From positions 14,508,001 through 14,572,000 of the forward strand of contig OZ193909.1 in NCBI GenBank assembly GCA_964276515.1: a stretch of DNA of 64,000 bases, written 5' to 3'. The notes below the pieces were generated by a model, which ran no database searches, was not told the DNA's origin, and saw only the letters and a list, made by a program, of their open reading frames with translations. Below are positions 1-13,505 of this stretch, piece after piece. The translations under genes and the position numbers were made by a program. The stretch is from Gordius albopunctatus (taxonomy: Eukaryota). The stretch's first letter is position 1, and each line of letters opens with the position of its first letter.

Positions 1-991
1 TCAACATTTTTATTCTTACCCTTTGATTTAACTTAGCTAAACCTAACTTACTCATGCACAGTTAGTAATTAGTATGATGTGAAAATGGATCTCTATCCAA
101 AATTAGGGTTTATTAATATATTTATATGGATTGTATTAAAGGTTTGGACATTTTTTATGCAATAAAATATTCCTTTTAAGAATTATAGTAACTAAATTAA
201 AAAAGTTTTACTTTTAAACATAGCTATTTAAAAATTATAAATTTGTTATGTGCTTTTAATTGTTTTGATTAAATTGCTTTTTAAAGACAAAGGTGAGAAA
301 CCAGAGGCGTAGCCACCCCCCTATAGGCATTCTCGCCCCTTCCCACCTTTATCGCCCATAAATTGCATAGCAAATATGCTACTTTTATACGGAGTATGGA
401 TGAGTTTCGTTCCCCCTTCCCTTCCCCTCCTCCCCTTCCCACGAGGGTTCTTTTCCTTTTTGACATTCATTGAAAAACTACAAACTACCTTACAATTAAA
501 TAGACTCTTTGTATATTAAAATAAGATATACTACTTTTGGAAACCTCAATTTGTGTCTAGGAAAAAACATTCGATTGAATTATGAAAAGAAGAAACGTTA
601 GATTTAAAAGTTTTTGATATATGGTTTTGCTCTATGTCCGCATATAAAATCTTTAATTAATAAAATAATTAAACAACTTTACTATTTTAATAATTATACA
701 AATAACACTTACAAGTGTTTGCCTGGGAATTAGTCATATATATTAGATTTCCCAAAATTTGCAAGAACAAATTAAGTTGGAATAAAAGACATGCCATATT
801 ATTAGTAAAAGGTAAAAGTGTTGAATAAGTTTTAAAACCTGATAACTTTGAACTGCCAAAATGAACTGCCTTAGCTTGTTTATGTTAACAGTTTGTTATT
901 AACATTTCTTAATTTTATATAATTTATAACTGTAAACAATGCGCCGATAAAAAGGATCTTATGTTTATAGGCCCATTTTGTCGTTAAGGTA

Positions 992-1163
992 CATGAACGT
1001 AGCCAGGAGGATGGCAGGAGGGGTGGCTGCCCCCCCCCCCCCTAAAAAAACTACGGGAAAAATATTTTCAATGCAAAAACTTTGAAAAATTAAAAAAAAT
1101 TATGTTTTGCACTTTTAAACGTTTTGCCCCCCCCCCCTAATCTAAAACCTGGCTGCGCCCATG
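992..1163. mobile_element. Short MITE with ~16-bp imperfect TIRs (copies near 23461, 46828, 54260; partial at 18182, 37738; inverted at 61711-61874)
   Basis: catgaacgtagccagg ... cctggctgcgcccatg are imperfect inverted repeats around G/C runs; non-coding. Confidence 0.6.
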
Positions 1164-1173
1164 ATAAAGTATA

Positions 1174-1612
1174 TCTTCTACGTATATAAAATTCTCGTGT
1201 CACAGTCTTTGGTCCTCAACTCCTCCGAAACAGCTGGGCTGATTTAGATGGAAATTTCTGCGAATATTTGGTAGGTCTGAGCCTAGGTTTTTAACTATAT
1301 TTCAAATCTCTAAGTCATAAGACGGTCAAGTTATTTAGTTTTATACGTCTTGACGTTTATTAAAATATCACTCAAACGCAACCTCATGACGTACTGCGTA
1401 TCTATCGTGTAGGTAGTGTGATAAATGCAGTAGGCATGAGTTGCGGAAAATGGAAACTTTTTACGATTTAAAACATTAAATATCAAAGTCATTTTTTTGC
1501 TTATTTTTCACGTCAATTATTATTATTATAGGACGGTCGTGTCCCCTCCTGCGTGGCTAAATAAATTAAAAAATCTAATTTTGGCATTTTTTGCGCGTTA
1601 AATAAGGAGAAA
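1174..1612 (+). mobile_element. Non-autonomous Helitron-like element, 5' part only (3' end deleted)
   Basis: A|TC start and tatataaaattctcgtgtcac leader; the complete version with CTAG end is at 54436-55262. Confidence 0.55.
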
Positions 1613-3410
1613 GTTTGTGCGACCAGTGGGTGTGGTTTTTGATTATTGGTTATGAAGTGGCTCATGATGATTATCGCTGCGTCAATTTTTCTAAGGAACT
1701 TGGCGTTGATAGAAAGTTAATGCTGGGCTAGGTTGAGAGCATTCGTTGTGATGTGGTTTCAGATTTCTGGGTATTAATAGATAGATTCCATTTGTTTGCT
1801 AGTTTTAGGAAATTCCTCGTGTTTTGTTGTACCAGGGCAGCTATCTTGCCATATATTAGGATGTCATCCAGATATACATTGTATCGACAGGTAGTGATGG
1901 ATTTAATGCACAAGTCCAACATAATTTGTTGCAGTACAAATGGGGAAAAAGATGCTCCCATAGGCAGCACCCTGTATGAGTATTTCGTTCGTCCTGATTT
2001 AAAACCGAACAGGTCTGAAATTGATGTGTCTAATTGGATATCGAAGAAAGCGCTCTTCATGTCAATCTTTCATGCGTAGTTGGCCTCCGCTAAAGGTTTA
2101 GCAATTAATGGGATAGATTTTAGCAAAAAGGGGTATGACGCGAAGTTTTTTGAAATGATGGATAGGTCTGCGATCATTCTGGGGGACCCATCAGATTTGG
2201 GTATAAAATACATGGGGGATGCGATCGCGAGACGATTCCTTCGTACAATGTAGGTATCGATGATTTGGAGTACTAGGTGCCGATGGACTCTAGGAATAGG
2301 TCGAACGTACCGGGGGACAAGGTACTGCCAGTTGTTGTTCGCAAGGTTCCTACTATTGAACCGAGGTTCAAAGCCCCGTCTAGCTACATTATAAGTAAAC
2401 TTGGATTGTGTATGATGTGGCCTGAGCAATGTGGTATTGAGGTCCAATGGTGATAAAAATGGAGTCTTGTTTCCATTGCTTATGTCCCGAAAGGCCGGGA
2501 AATTGGGGATGTTAGAAGGTTCATGGATGGTGGGGATCGATTCACTATCGAGTCCGATATCATGTAGGGGGGTATTAATATATTCCGCCATATCTGAGTG
2601 GGTCGGTAGCGGCGTGAAAGGGGTCTTTAGTGGAGGGGCCCCTTCGTCCGGACCATCATCGAGTGAAACAGAATTGATAGCGATGCTCCGGGCTATACGA
2701 ATGTAATTGTCTAGCCATATTCGAGCAGTCCGTCCCCAAAAATGCTCGGCGGATTATCACCACAGCCGAGGGCCGCCCCTGCCGCCCTTACGTCTTTCTG
2801 TTGAAAGGCGCCTTCCTTGGCATAGGCTTTTCATAGTTCGGCCGAAAAGAGCTAATCTGTTCACTCATCTGTCCGAACCCATTTTTCACAGCCCAGTCTT
2901 TGGTACGTCCGGTGACTACCTGCCATCCGTAATATGTTGCCATTGCGATGGTTTTAACCCGTTCGGCGAACACCTCGGTAGCTTTGACCTGATCGTTCCA
3001 TACTTCACCTAATTCCAGAAGGAAATCGATTTCATGTTTTGGATATAAGGGTACTGCTTTGTTCTTTTTATCAGCCTCCTTCAAACCTTTAAGTCGTTGC
3101 TTTAGTAGTTCAGGTCCTATTTGTTACACGCCGAGACTCTTTTCTTAACCTCACGGGCTATCATTTGGTTTAGCTCTTCAGGAGTGAAGGACATCGTGTG
3201 GGGTTAATACTTGTGGAGATTATCCGGTTTTGTCGAGGCGGGTGTAAATTAACCTTTATTTTTGTCTTTAGCGTTGTTTTACGTGTCGTAACGCCCAACT
3301 TACCCATAATTTTCATTTATTATATTTCCGCGTTTATAATTACGTTTCTAAAATAAAATAAAGTGGAGATGGCGAAATATTTTGCGTAACCATCCCCAGG
3401 GAGGACCTCT
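1613..3410 (-). mobile_element. Decayed hepadna-like/DIRS-related RT element, lineage C, copy 1 (frameshifted ORF1 + RT; RNase H and 3' end missing)
   Basis: MYFIPKSDGSPRMIADLS, KSAFF, VLPMGASFSPFVLQ, YNVYLDDILI in broken frames; ORF1 ATG at 3194; 5' boundary approximate. Confidence 0.85.
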
Positions 3411-5807
3411 TTATTTTGCTCTCACTTTTTTAATTAAATCCAAAACATGTGGATCTAGTAACATTTTTGAGATCCAATGTTTGTAGAGGTTGAGAAACCT
3501 GAGCATTATCAATAGATCGGATATATTTTAAAATTAGCTTACTAGTAACATTGTTGATGTCCAAAAAAATATTCATAGACATTCATAGACATTTTGTCAG
3601 TTAAATTTTTGTCGAATGAACGGTTACCAAATAGACTGCTCATTGAGCATGCATACATATGAAAATGTGACCCCTGTTTTACCACCATATTGAACTTATG
3701 CAGGTAAGTTTACATTTTATTCTTTGATATGTTATAAATTTGATAGATGGAGTCATTAATGCAAAATGTTACCTTAGAAAATGACATATGTAGTGACATC
3801 AACATACGTAACGTCAATCAAGTACGATGTCAATTCCGAGAAATAAGTTAATCACAGATTTGAATTTATTTTCCTAGAAGATCGCACGCTATGACGTCGA
3901 TTGACAGATCTTCCTTGAAACTTATCGGTATATTTAGATCTTCTCAGAAGATCATAGATATATTTAAGTCTTCCCAGAAAATAATCGATCTTCATGGAAA
4001 CTCATCGATTAATTTAGATCTTCCAAGAATATTATCGATTTTCCAATAATAATGATTATGTATTTTATAATAACTATATAAACTCAATTTTTACGCAAAT
4101 ATAACCAGTCGAATAATTCTAACAAGATGAATTGTATTCTTTGTTCCAAAATTATCCTCGTATAAGAGAGGAAAAGATAACAACGAGTTATAAAACTTAC
4201 ATGGGAAAGCCGCCTTTTTTACATGTTTTCTTCAAAAAAAATAACCATTTTGTTAAGGAATTTTCAAATGAAATAAACAAAAAGGTTTTCACCACGTTAT
4301 ACAAGCAAGAAACGTATTCTATCAAAAGACAATTTTTTCTTTCCAATGATATTCTAATAAATGTGAGATTATTTTTTATTTGATATTTAAGTTATCCCCA
4401 CAAAGATATTTTTACTTCAATCATAGAAATAGACTATGTTGATTTTAGTGTTTGGATCTCGTCTCGTCTCGGGAGCGATTATAAAAATCTCGATCTCGTC
4501 TCGACGAGAATTCTCGCCTCGTCTCGACTTTTAAAAACAAATATATACTGAAAATATTTAAAATATTTAAAAAATGTTTAAAATACAAATGACAATTTTT
4601 TTATATTTTTTAAGAAACTTTAATACACAAACTTTTCAAAGATTTAGCGGGACACGACATCTCATTGACAATATAAAGATATAAATTAATTCATAAAGAT
4701 AACATTTTCTATGGAAAGTGCAGAATAAAAGACTATAAATAAATTTGAGGTATATAAAATTAAATGTGAATGTTCTAGCAAATTATAACATTTGTATCAA
4801 ATTCACTTTTTTGTCAACTATAAATAGATTTAATAATACGTTTGCTTATAGTTGACTTAGTTGCATAATTCAGCAAATTGAGACCCTTTGTTAACCCTGG
4901 GTAAAGCTTATTAATTGAATAAGTCTATTGTTATCATCATCAATTATATGCCATAGTGTTTATTGCATGTTTACTATAGCGTTATAAACCATAGAGTGCG
5001 AGTGACTTTTAATGATAATATTATTATTTACAGAATTGATAACTAGATGCACATATCAAAACGTTGTAAAAACAACAATAAAAGCAGCATTATTATAGGA
5101 TTAAGATAAGGTTTTAAACTGTAAATTGCACGTATTTAAATTTATGACAGAAATCATTATAATCAAATTTATATTCCAAATAATTACCTTCCAATTCCAA
5201 CTAACTTTGCCATTAAATATTTATTGATCGAATATAGTATAGGTTCGTGTATTTATTTTATATTTCACAATTATGGAAATATAATAAATGCACCTGCCAA
5301 CCCAGCGTATAATGTGAAAAGTAATGCATATGACAAAAATATGTATTCACATAATGTCTTATTAAAATTCAAAAATTTGGGAGGTATACTATTAGTTGAA
5401 GCATAAAAACTTTAAAAAAATCCATGATTTAGATTTAATATATTACGGTATCATTAAATACTCTATTGAACTTTTGAAATCGTTAGGCGGGTGCTAAAAA
5501 ATCTAGACCTACTTATTCAAACTGATTCACTACCAATTTATAATTAACGCATTATGCAGGATGAGTAACTGGAAAATATAAATATGCTTTAGTAATGTTT
5601 ACTAGTCCATCAGAACTCATTCTAAGCCTAAAATTTCTTTAATATTTAATAGTGCTATGGATACAAATAGGTGATAAAGATATTATAAAATTATTACCAT
5701 ACCCTATGGATCAACCTTACTTAGGTAAATGATTGCCGAATTTTAAATTTTTTGCAAAATATATGATATTTACTACACTTAGTAATTTTTTAAGGATGTT
5801 ATATAAA

Positions 5808-6230
5808 TGCACAGTAAGAAATTAAAAAATGCGGAAGTAAAATATGCACAGTAATATATTTAAGTGCGCAGTAAATTATTAAAAATTGCACAGTTAATTA
5901 ATATTAAATTGCTCAATAATTAAACAAAATTGCACAGTCAATTTACAATAAATTGCTCAGTAATTTAATAAAATTGCTCAATAATTTAGTAAAATTGCCC
6001 AGTAATTATATAGCCTTGCAGAGTAATTTTATAATATTTCTCAGTAATTTTGTAGAATTGAGCATTGCTCAGTAATTTAATAATATAGCTTATTGCTTAA
6101 TACTTTGAATTGATAAGTAATTTTTGAGCATTGCTCAGTAATTTAATAACATTGCTCAGTACCTCAATAATTTAATAAAATTGCTTAATGATTTGAATTG
6201 ATAAGTCGTTTTTGAGCATTGCTCAGTAAT
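5808..6230. repeat. Imperfect ~20-bp tandem repeat array (aaattgctcagtaattt), probably MULE subterminal repeats; also at ~28255-28675 and ~51545-51967
   Basis: Many ttgctcagtaat/ttgcacagt units directly visible, downstream of the MULE ORF. Confidence 0.7.
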
Positions 6231-6736
6231 CAGAACACAACTTAGTTTTCAATAGAATGAATTGGTTGAAAAAATATATTATTTTAAAAAATGCCTAATA
6301 ATCTTTACAAATTGTTCAATAATATTTAGATGCTAAATTAAAAAAATATTCAGTTTATAATTCAATAACTAATAATTAAATTATCATTGATTTTATGTTT
6401 TTATATAAAAAATTTAGTTTGTTGATAAAATTGAGCACTTATTTATTTTAGCTAAAATAAATAGTTTGGAGGCTTGATAATATACATTGCCCTTCCTCTT
6501 AATGTTACTATGCATATGTCATAAATTTAAATCGAATAAATTTTTGCAATTTTTATTAGAGTATAAACATAAATAGTTTCAAATACAAATGCATAATGAA
6601 CATATTTTGCTGACAATATAAACATAAATAATTTTAAATAGATATACATAGTGAACACATTTTGCTGGAGCAACCTTTAATTCAAGCCTAAAATTTGTTA
6701 TAGTCAAGCACATAATTTAAACTTATGAACTTACCA

Positions 6737-7861
6737 TTATTGAACAATGAAGGCTGATTTGGCTTTTGAGGGTCTGCCCCTTTTTCTTTTTTGCCCTAAA
6801 TGCACAAACTTAGCTTCTTTAGGTGTTATGCAAAGTTTAAATTTAATTGCCAAACCCACTATATGTTTGCAAATGTAGTATTTGAAAAACACTGGACAAT
6901 TACATTTACTCTCAAACCATTTTGTGGAATCATCGGGTAATTGACAGAGCCATAGCTTAAAATTCCGCGTCTTGAATTCATCAAATGTTTTGAAGTTTAG
7001 ATTTTTGACATTGCTAATATCTTTTTCATTTATAATCCCGGTACCTGATGGCACACAATATTCGGTAAAATCAAGTTGTTTTTTTGATAGGCAGTGGCCA
7101 TTAAAATTAGCAAATTGGTAGCTCTGAGTCCATAGCTTTAAATTGATAGCTGGTGATTTAATGAATTTTTTTGAATGTTTATACTCGCGTGACCATGTTT
7201 GGATCATATCAATTGGTACCACTTTGAACCTATTGATTGGCATCCATTCCCTCAACGTAAATTCATCTTTTATTAAATGATTAGATGATTCCAGGGCATT
7301 ATTGGTACTAGGGGTATAATGGCTATATCCTTCATGCCATGTATCATTTTTATAAACCCATTCTTTATAAAAATATTCGCAAAACTTTGAGGCTTTAAAT
7401 GACCATTTTTCCAAGAATAAATTGGAGGCTTTTTCAAAGACCTTAGTGCTTTGAGACAATTGTATTGTATTCATATCCTCTAAAATTTCTTTATGGTATA
7501 ATTTATCAGCTAGTATAACATAATCATAAAATATATACAATAATATATTTACCTTTTTTTCTATATTTCTACGGACGTGAGCCCAACAAATGACAATTGT
7601 GTCTTTTCCAATGACAGATTTAAATGCATTATGTATGGAAATTGCCCCATCTGTAATTAATACATCCCACTTGGGAGTTGTATTATTAATAAATTTAAAT
7701 CCATTGATTAAAGTGTTAAATAAAAAAATATATTCTTTTTCTTTTTCATTAACACATAGAGACTTTCCCAAAATATGGAAATGCCTATCATAGTCAGTTG
7801 TTCCAATTATTAATAATGGATAACACTGCCAGGTTATTTTGTATGTTGCATCGGCATGCAA
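6737..7861 (-). CDS. Mutator (MULE) transposase with SWIM zinc finger and AT-hook; 5'-truncated, probably intron-containing
   Basis: HADATYK, TDG, CWAH, STNNALES (DDE core); CNCPVFFKYYICKH SWIM; KRKRGRPSK AT-hook; upstream coding cut at ~8050 by the hAT end. Confidence 0.85.
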   Translation of the reverse strand: MHADATYKITWQCYPLLIIGTTDYDRHFHILGKSLCVNEKEKEYIFLFNTLINGFKFINNTTPKWDVLITDGAISIHNAFKSVIGKDTIVICWAHVRRNIEKKVNILLYIFYDYVILADKLYHKEILEDMNTIQLSQSTKVFEKASNLFLEKWSFKASKFCEYFYKEWVYKNDTWHEGYSHYTPSTNNALESSNHLIKDEFTLREWMPINRFKVVPIDMIQTWSREYKHSKKFIKSPAINLKLWTQSYQFANFNGHCLSKKQLDFTEYCVPSGTGIINEKDISNVKNLNFKTFDEFKTRNFKLWLCQLPDDSTKWFESKCNCPVFFKYYICKHIVGLAIKFKLCITPKEAKFVHLGQKRKRGRPSKAKSAFIVQ

Positions 7862-8328
7862 TATATCTGAAAACTGACTGTTTAATAAAAGCCTAAAACT
7901 AACAGATTATAAATAACTAAATACCTTTTTGTTGACATGAAAAATTTGAAATTGGAATCTTCGTATGACACCATGTAAGATACAATATAGAATTCATCAT
8001 CATCAAAGGGTATTTGAGAATGAGCAATCAGCCACTGCTCCATTTTTCAAATTCTCGTCTCCTCTCGGTTTTTCGAGACGAGACGAGAGGAGACCGAGAT
8101 TTTTCTCGGTTTTTCCGCATCACTTGTTGATTTAAACACAAATTTATATTTATGGTTTGTCTCTAATTAAACACTATTTATATGATTGAATAATTAAATG
8201 CTAAATTTAATATGGAAAAATAATTCTTTAATATTCTATTCCTTCTTGCATAACTTTGCACTTTTTCATTGCACAAGTACCCTTATTGAAACTTACCCAA
8301 TATGGCCTAAGATATTTAATTTTTTTTC

Positions 8329-10738
8329 CTATAGCTGTTTATCACATTTAGTGGTCAGCTCCTTCAAGGAGGTTCTCCATGTATTTCTGCACTTACACCA
8401 GCTTCGCTTAAGCTCGTACATTTTTAAGTCCTTATCAATTTTATGCTTCCATGTCACTTTAGGTCTCCCTCTCTTTCGCTTATCTTCGACTTGCACTTTC
8501 TTGATACGATTCGCCAAGTGACTTTCCTCCCGCCAGTCCAAATGGCCATACCATCTCAATCTTCTTACCACCAACTTTCTCCGAATCTGAACTACATTTA
8601 GTTTGTCCCTTATGTCTTGATTCCTTATATGGTCCTTTTTGCTTATTCCCAAGATCCATCTCAACATTCGCATTTTTATTGTAGCCAAGCTTTGCTCCTC
8701 TTTTGCCTTAATTGCCCAGTTTTCCGCTCCATACAATACCGTGGGTACAATAACGGTGTTATATAACCGTCCTTTTGATTTGAGTGGTAACTTCCTGAAT
8801 TTTAGCCAGCCTGCGTTTATTCTTGCCTTAATTTTGTTTTCCACACCCCTATCACATTGTACCCTAAAACTTTATATTCATTCCCCGACTCCAAGGATAC
8901 ATATTCAGTTTTATCTCGGTTGACCCTAAGGCCGTTGCTTTCGATTCGTTCCATCCACACTTTTACCTGCTCTGCTAATTCCACGTTTGAGCCTGCGCAC
9001 AGGATGATATCATACAAGGTGATTCGCGTTTCAGATCCTTCGTTATCGAATCCATTATTGTTATGAAGAGCAATGGACTTAGGGCCCATTCTTAATGCAC
9101 ACCGACATTTAGACTGAATCCTTTTGATGTACCACTAGATGTCCGTACTTTGGTTTTTGCGTTATAAACATATCATTTATTAACATTATATAAGCCTCGG
9201 GTACACCATTGGAACTCAGGCTATCCCATATCAACTGCCTTGGCACTTTATCGAAAGCTTTCTCAAGATCGATGAAACACATATAAAGATCCTTTTGTTT
9301 TTCCTTATATACTTCCATAAGTCTCCTAAAACCATGTATTGCATCTGAAGTCGACTTTCCTGGCATGAACCCAAATTTTATTTTTCGGAGTCTATCTTCT
9401 ATAAGCTTTTCCCACACCTTCATTACGTGACTCGTTAACTTTATCCCTCGATAGTTGTTGCATTGTTGTACATCTCCCTTCAATTTATAAATAGGTATAA
9501 AATAGCTTTCCCTCCACTCATCAGCCATCATACCACTTGCAAGTATTTTGTTAAACAGCCTTGCAAGTAGATGTACACCTAAGGGTCCTAGCATTTTGAA
9601 AGCTTCCATAGGTCTATTATCAGGTCCCAACGCTCTACCCATGGTCATCTTTTTAAGCACCTGATCAACCTCTTCTTATGTCACTTCTAACTCTGGATCA
9701 TATTCATAGTTCATGCTATCGCACTTGTCCGAAAACCCATTTTCACTGTTTAATAATTCTTTATAGTATTTTTCCCAACCATCTATGATTTGATGATCCA
9801 GAGATAGAGTGATGCTATCTTTGCTCTTTATGGTTTTCACGTTTACCACATCCTTTGAATTCCTTTCCCTGGTCTTTGCGATTTTGTAGATCATTCTTTC
9901 TCCTTCTTTACTGGTTAACTTGGCATTTAAATTCTCGTAGACCTCTATTTTAGCCTTAGCTACACAACGCTTTGCCTCATTTATAGCTTTCACATATGCC
10001 AAGCCAATCGTGTTTCCTCATTTCTGTCGCATGACCATAATTTGTAAAGGTTTCTTTTCCACTTGACCAGGCGTTGCACGTCTTCGTTCCACCACCATGT
10101 CTCCTTATCTTTTTGTATACCTGGTTTACCTTCTCGCAGAACATATCTCGCTACGCATCTTACCGTGTTAGCTATTTAATTCCACATATCGCTAGCATTC
10201 TGCTGATCATCTATTTGCAGCCGTTCAACTATTTGATCATTGTAAATATCTTTCAATTTTGGTAGCTAGAACCATTTGATTTTCCCATTTAATCTCTTCG
10301 GCTATTGTGTTTTCACCTTGGAGATGGTATAGTCCATCACAAAAAATCTATGCTGGACTGCAATAGCCTCACCTGGTATCACCTTATAATCTCCTACATT
10401 CTTTCATTCCTTTCTTGATATTAGGAGAAAGTCAATCTGCGAAGATCGATTTCCACTTTTGTACGTTATTAGGTGATTTATATTGTTTTTGAAGAAGTTA
10501 TTTGTGATGGCCAAATCAAATGCAACTGCTATTTTCAATATTTCGTCACCTTCATCGTTTCTCGCTCCGAAGCCATTTCCACCATGGTACCGTTCAAATC
10601 CTTCTCTTGTTTTGCCTACGTGACCATTCATATCTGCTCCAATTATAACTATCTCGGCTCTGGGTATCATTCGCAGCATTTTGTCTAATTCTCCCCGAAA
10701 TTCCTCATTTTCTTTATCTGTGCATTCTGTTTGCGGAG
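8329..10738 (-). mobile_element. Degenerate RTE-clade non-LTR retrotransposon (APE + RT), multiple frameshifts
   Basis: GADMNGHVG, SQIDFLL (APE); ALGPD, NYRGIKLTS, FGFMPGKST, FIDLEKAFDKV (RT); RRLRWYGH, RKRGRPK C-terminus. Confidence 0.9.
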
Positions 10739-11183
10739 TGTCATATATGACACATATTAATTCTTTGAAGACGAGCAACGAGAGGCGCGGCATATGTGGA
10801 GTCGTGAAAGACGAGCAACCAGAGGCGCAGGGTAATTACCAGGTGCGGGACGATAGCAAGCGAGAGACAAAAGGAAATCTAAGAAGAGTAACATGAAGGA
10901 CGCAAAGGAGAATAACAACTGGCGCGGGACACACAAAGAGAGTATTATCAGAGGCAATAATAACTGGTGGAGGGAATAACAACTGGTGCAAGACCCGAGA
11001 AGAAAAGATTAGTATCCGGAAAAAAGGGACATCGGTGAATATACATAAAAACGAATCAATAAATTTTCCTAAAAGATAAACCGTTTTTGGCATAATTTTG
11101 TACTTGGAATAAAATATTTATCGGACATACGAATTATTCTCGGACCTAATATTGGACTTACGAGTTATTTGCGGACATAATAT
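10739..11183 (+). repeat. Probable LTR inserted into the RTE endonuclease
   Basis: Begins TGTCATATATGACA where the RTE frame breaks; AATAAA at ~11108; immediately followed by a PBS. Confidence 0.55.
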
Positions 11184-11197
11184 TGGCGCCCAACGTG
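11184..11197 (+). promoter_or_regulatory. Primer-binding site, tRNA-Lys type
   Basis: TGGCGCCCAACGTG matches the classical tRNA-Lys PBS. Confidence 0.75.
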
Positions 11198-11474
11198 AAA
11201 AAACCATTATTCGGGAAATCATAAACTGGGAAAAAAGTAAAGTGCGATACGAAGTCGGATACAGATAGGTAAGTTTATGATAAAAATTTTGGGGTATTTA
11301 ATAATAATAATTTGTATATTCTTAAATTGGGCGGAAATTAAGAGGAAATTGTGTAGGATTGTGTTAAGCATCATTATTAGATTTCTAATCAACAATGTAT
11401 ATTAAACGAGAAATGTATGGGAGTATTATGTATATGTAATTGTTTTTTGTGTAGGTTTTCTATTAAATGTTTGC

Positions 11475-11681
11475 ATGTCATGTATTATGGCTGCTTTAAA
11501 AAAATGTGAGGCCTGTGAGGGGCGGAAGCTGAGTATTAGCAATAATGTAAAGTGTTACAAATGCGGAGAGTTAGGCCATGGAATGAGGTCATGTCCGAGA
11601 GATAACCAGGGCCTTATATGTTTTATCTGTCGAGGGGAGGGGCACAGGTCGAGAGAGTGCCCTAGGCGAGTGGTGAAATGA
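11475..11681 (+). pseudogene. LTR retrotransposon Gag remnant with two CCHC zinc knuckles
   Basis: CYKCGELGHGMRSC and CFICRGEGHRSREC. Confidence 0.8.
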
Positions 11682-11909
11682 CTAATAGGGTGTAGAACTG
11701 TGTTTTGGCATGCTTTTAATTGTATTTTGTATATAAAAATATTTAATTTTGTTCTTGTTATGATTGTAAAAAGGATATATCTTTATATTTCATATATGTT
11801 TTACATATTACGTTGGATAAGGCAAAAGTATTTAGACCTAATTAGCTTAGAATTAAAATTGTATCGTTGTGTAGGGAGAGGCAGCTATAAATTTTAGCGA
11901 AGGACGGTA

Positions 11910-12311
11910 ATGGCGAGGTGTGTGTTTAAAATGGGGTTGGGATGGATGAGAAGGGAATGGGGAAAAAGATTAGTAAGAACATATAACTATGTAAAAGTTG
12001 GGGCATTTGCGAATAAACAACCGTGTATCAAGGTCAAGTTGAATGGGGAAACACATCTAATGTTGGTAGATACCGGGTCCGCAATTACGATTATAAATAA
12101 AGAGGCATGGGTTACTTTAGGCAAGCCGAAATTAGACATGAAGTGTACGGTTAACGTCCGCTTGTTAACGGGGCAAGAATGGAAAGTCTTAGGTAAATGC
12201 ATGGTAACAGTTAGGCACGATAAGAATATAAAAAGGGCAGAGGTGTATGTCATGGACTGGAAAGCCATTAATATCGTGGGGTGGGAATGGATTGATGCAT
12301 GTTCGAAGTAG
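11910..12311 (+). pseudogene. Retropepsin (aspartic protease) of the LTR element
   Basis: MLVDTGSAITII and NIVGWEWI motifs; purine tract gaagaaaagggaggg follows at ~12365. Confidence 0.8.
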
Positions 12312-12729
12312 TAGAGTAGATAAACAACAACACAAACAACAACACACACTTAATTCCTAGTGTTGAAGAAAAGGGAGGGCGCCCTCAAGTCTGGTGTAAT
12401 TTGTCAATGTAAAAGATAGGGATAATCAATTTTGTATATAATTTAAAAAGTAAATGTGCTAGGATAAAGAAAAATTGTGAATACATTCCTCTCCCATATA
12501 TCTACGAATTAAATCTATAAAACAATATTTTTACGAATTAATTTGCAAGTTATTGACGTTTGAAAAACGCTATAATCGCGTTTTTGGCGACTTTGACAGC
12601 GAATATTTAAAAAACTTGACGTATAGGGATAAAACTAAAAACATATTTGTCTTCACAGTAAAAAACTCTACCAGAATCTGCAAATAGTTTGCAGGTTAAT
12701 TTCACAAGTCCATTATTTGTTGACCATTA

Positions 12730-13505
12730 GTGACTTTACTTAAATCTTTATTAGAACCAAAAATTCGTTCTAAAGGATGATGATGTGTGACTAATGTAAA
12801 TTTCCTCCCAAAAATATATTCGTGAAATTTCTGTATGGCGAACATTATAGCAGCGGCTTCGCGGTCAATTACAGAATAATTCCGTTCTGCTGGACTTAGA
12901 GTACGAGAGGCAAAAACTATCGGTGTTTCTTGACCACTAATGAATTTATGTGCAATTACAGCTCCTAAACCTTTGTCTGATGCGTCGCATGAAATTATAA
13001 TGGGTAAATTAATTTGATAAAGTTATTGTTTTATCCGTTAAAATTAAGTTTTTTTATTTCGTTAAAGGCCTGTGTTCCTATCATACCCCAATTCCATTTC
13101 ACTTTTGTAGATGTTAATTTTTATAAAATGGAACTTTTGGATTGTAATTGCGGAATATAACTTCCAAGGTAATTAACTAAGCCTAGGAATCATCTCAATT
13201 CTTTACGATTAATTGGTACTTTGAAATTTTTAATTGCCTCAACCTTGTCTTTATTAGGATGAATACCATTTTCATCTATAGTATGACCCAATTAATGATT
13301 TTTTGAACAATTGTAGTTTATAAAGTGCTGTCGTTAATCCTGCATTTTTGATTAATTTTAATGTTTCTATTAGATTTTTATCATGTTCCTTGTTGTTTTT
13401 CCCGCTTATTATGACATCTTCCATAAAAACGCTTACGCCTTTTAAACCTTTGAACAAGTTTTTCATATAACGATGAAATATTTTAGGCGCCGTAGTTAAC
13501 CCAAA
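12730..13505 (-). mobile_element. Ty3/gypsy RT C-terminus + RNase H remnant, truncated by the hexokinase/element A insertion
   Basis: VFMEDVII (degenerate YxDD); minus strand reads CDASDKGLGAV and PIVFASRTLSPAERNYSVIDREA. Confidence 0.85.

Larger units (their letters stand above)
4446..8125. mobile_element. hAT-type non-autonomous composite element with 8-bp TSD GTTGATTT
   Basis: GTTGATTT at 4438-4445 and 8126-8133; ends TAGTGTTTGG and (revcomp) AAGTGATGCGG; subterminal GAGAC/GTCTC repeats at both ends. Confidence 0.7.

Noticed and set aside
281..466. 61-aa ORF repeated four times
   Set aside because: Lies in MITE-like, purine-tract repeat sequence; conserved only through recent duplication
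5808..6230. CRISPR-like array
   Set aside because: Degenerate adjacent repeats without unique spacers; eukaryotic context, no cas genes
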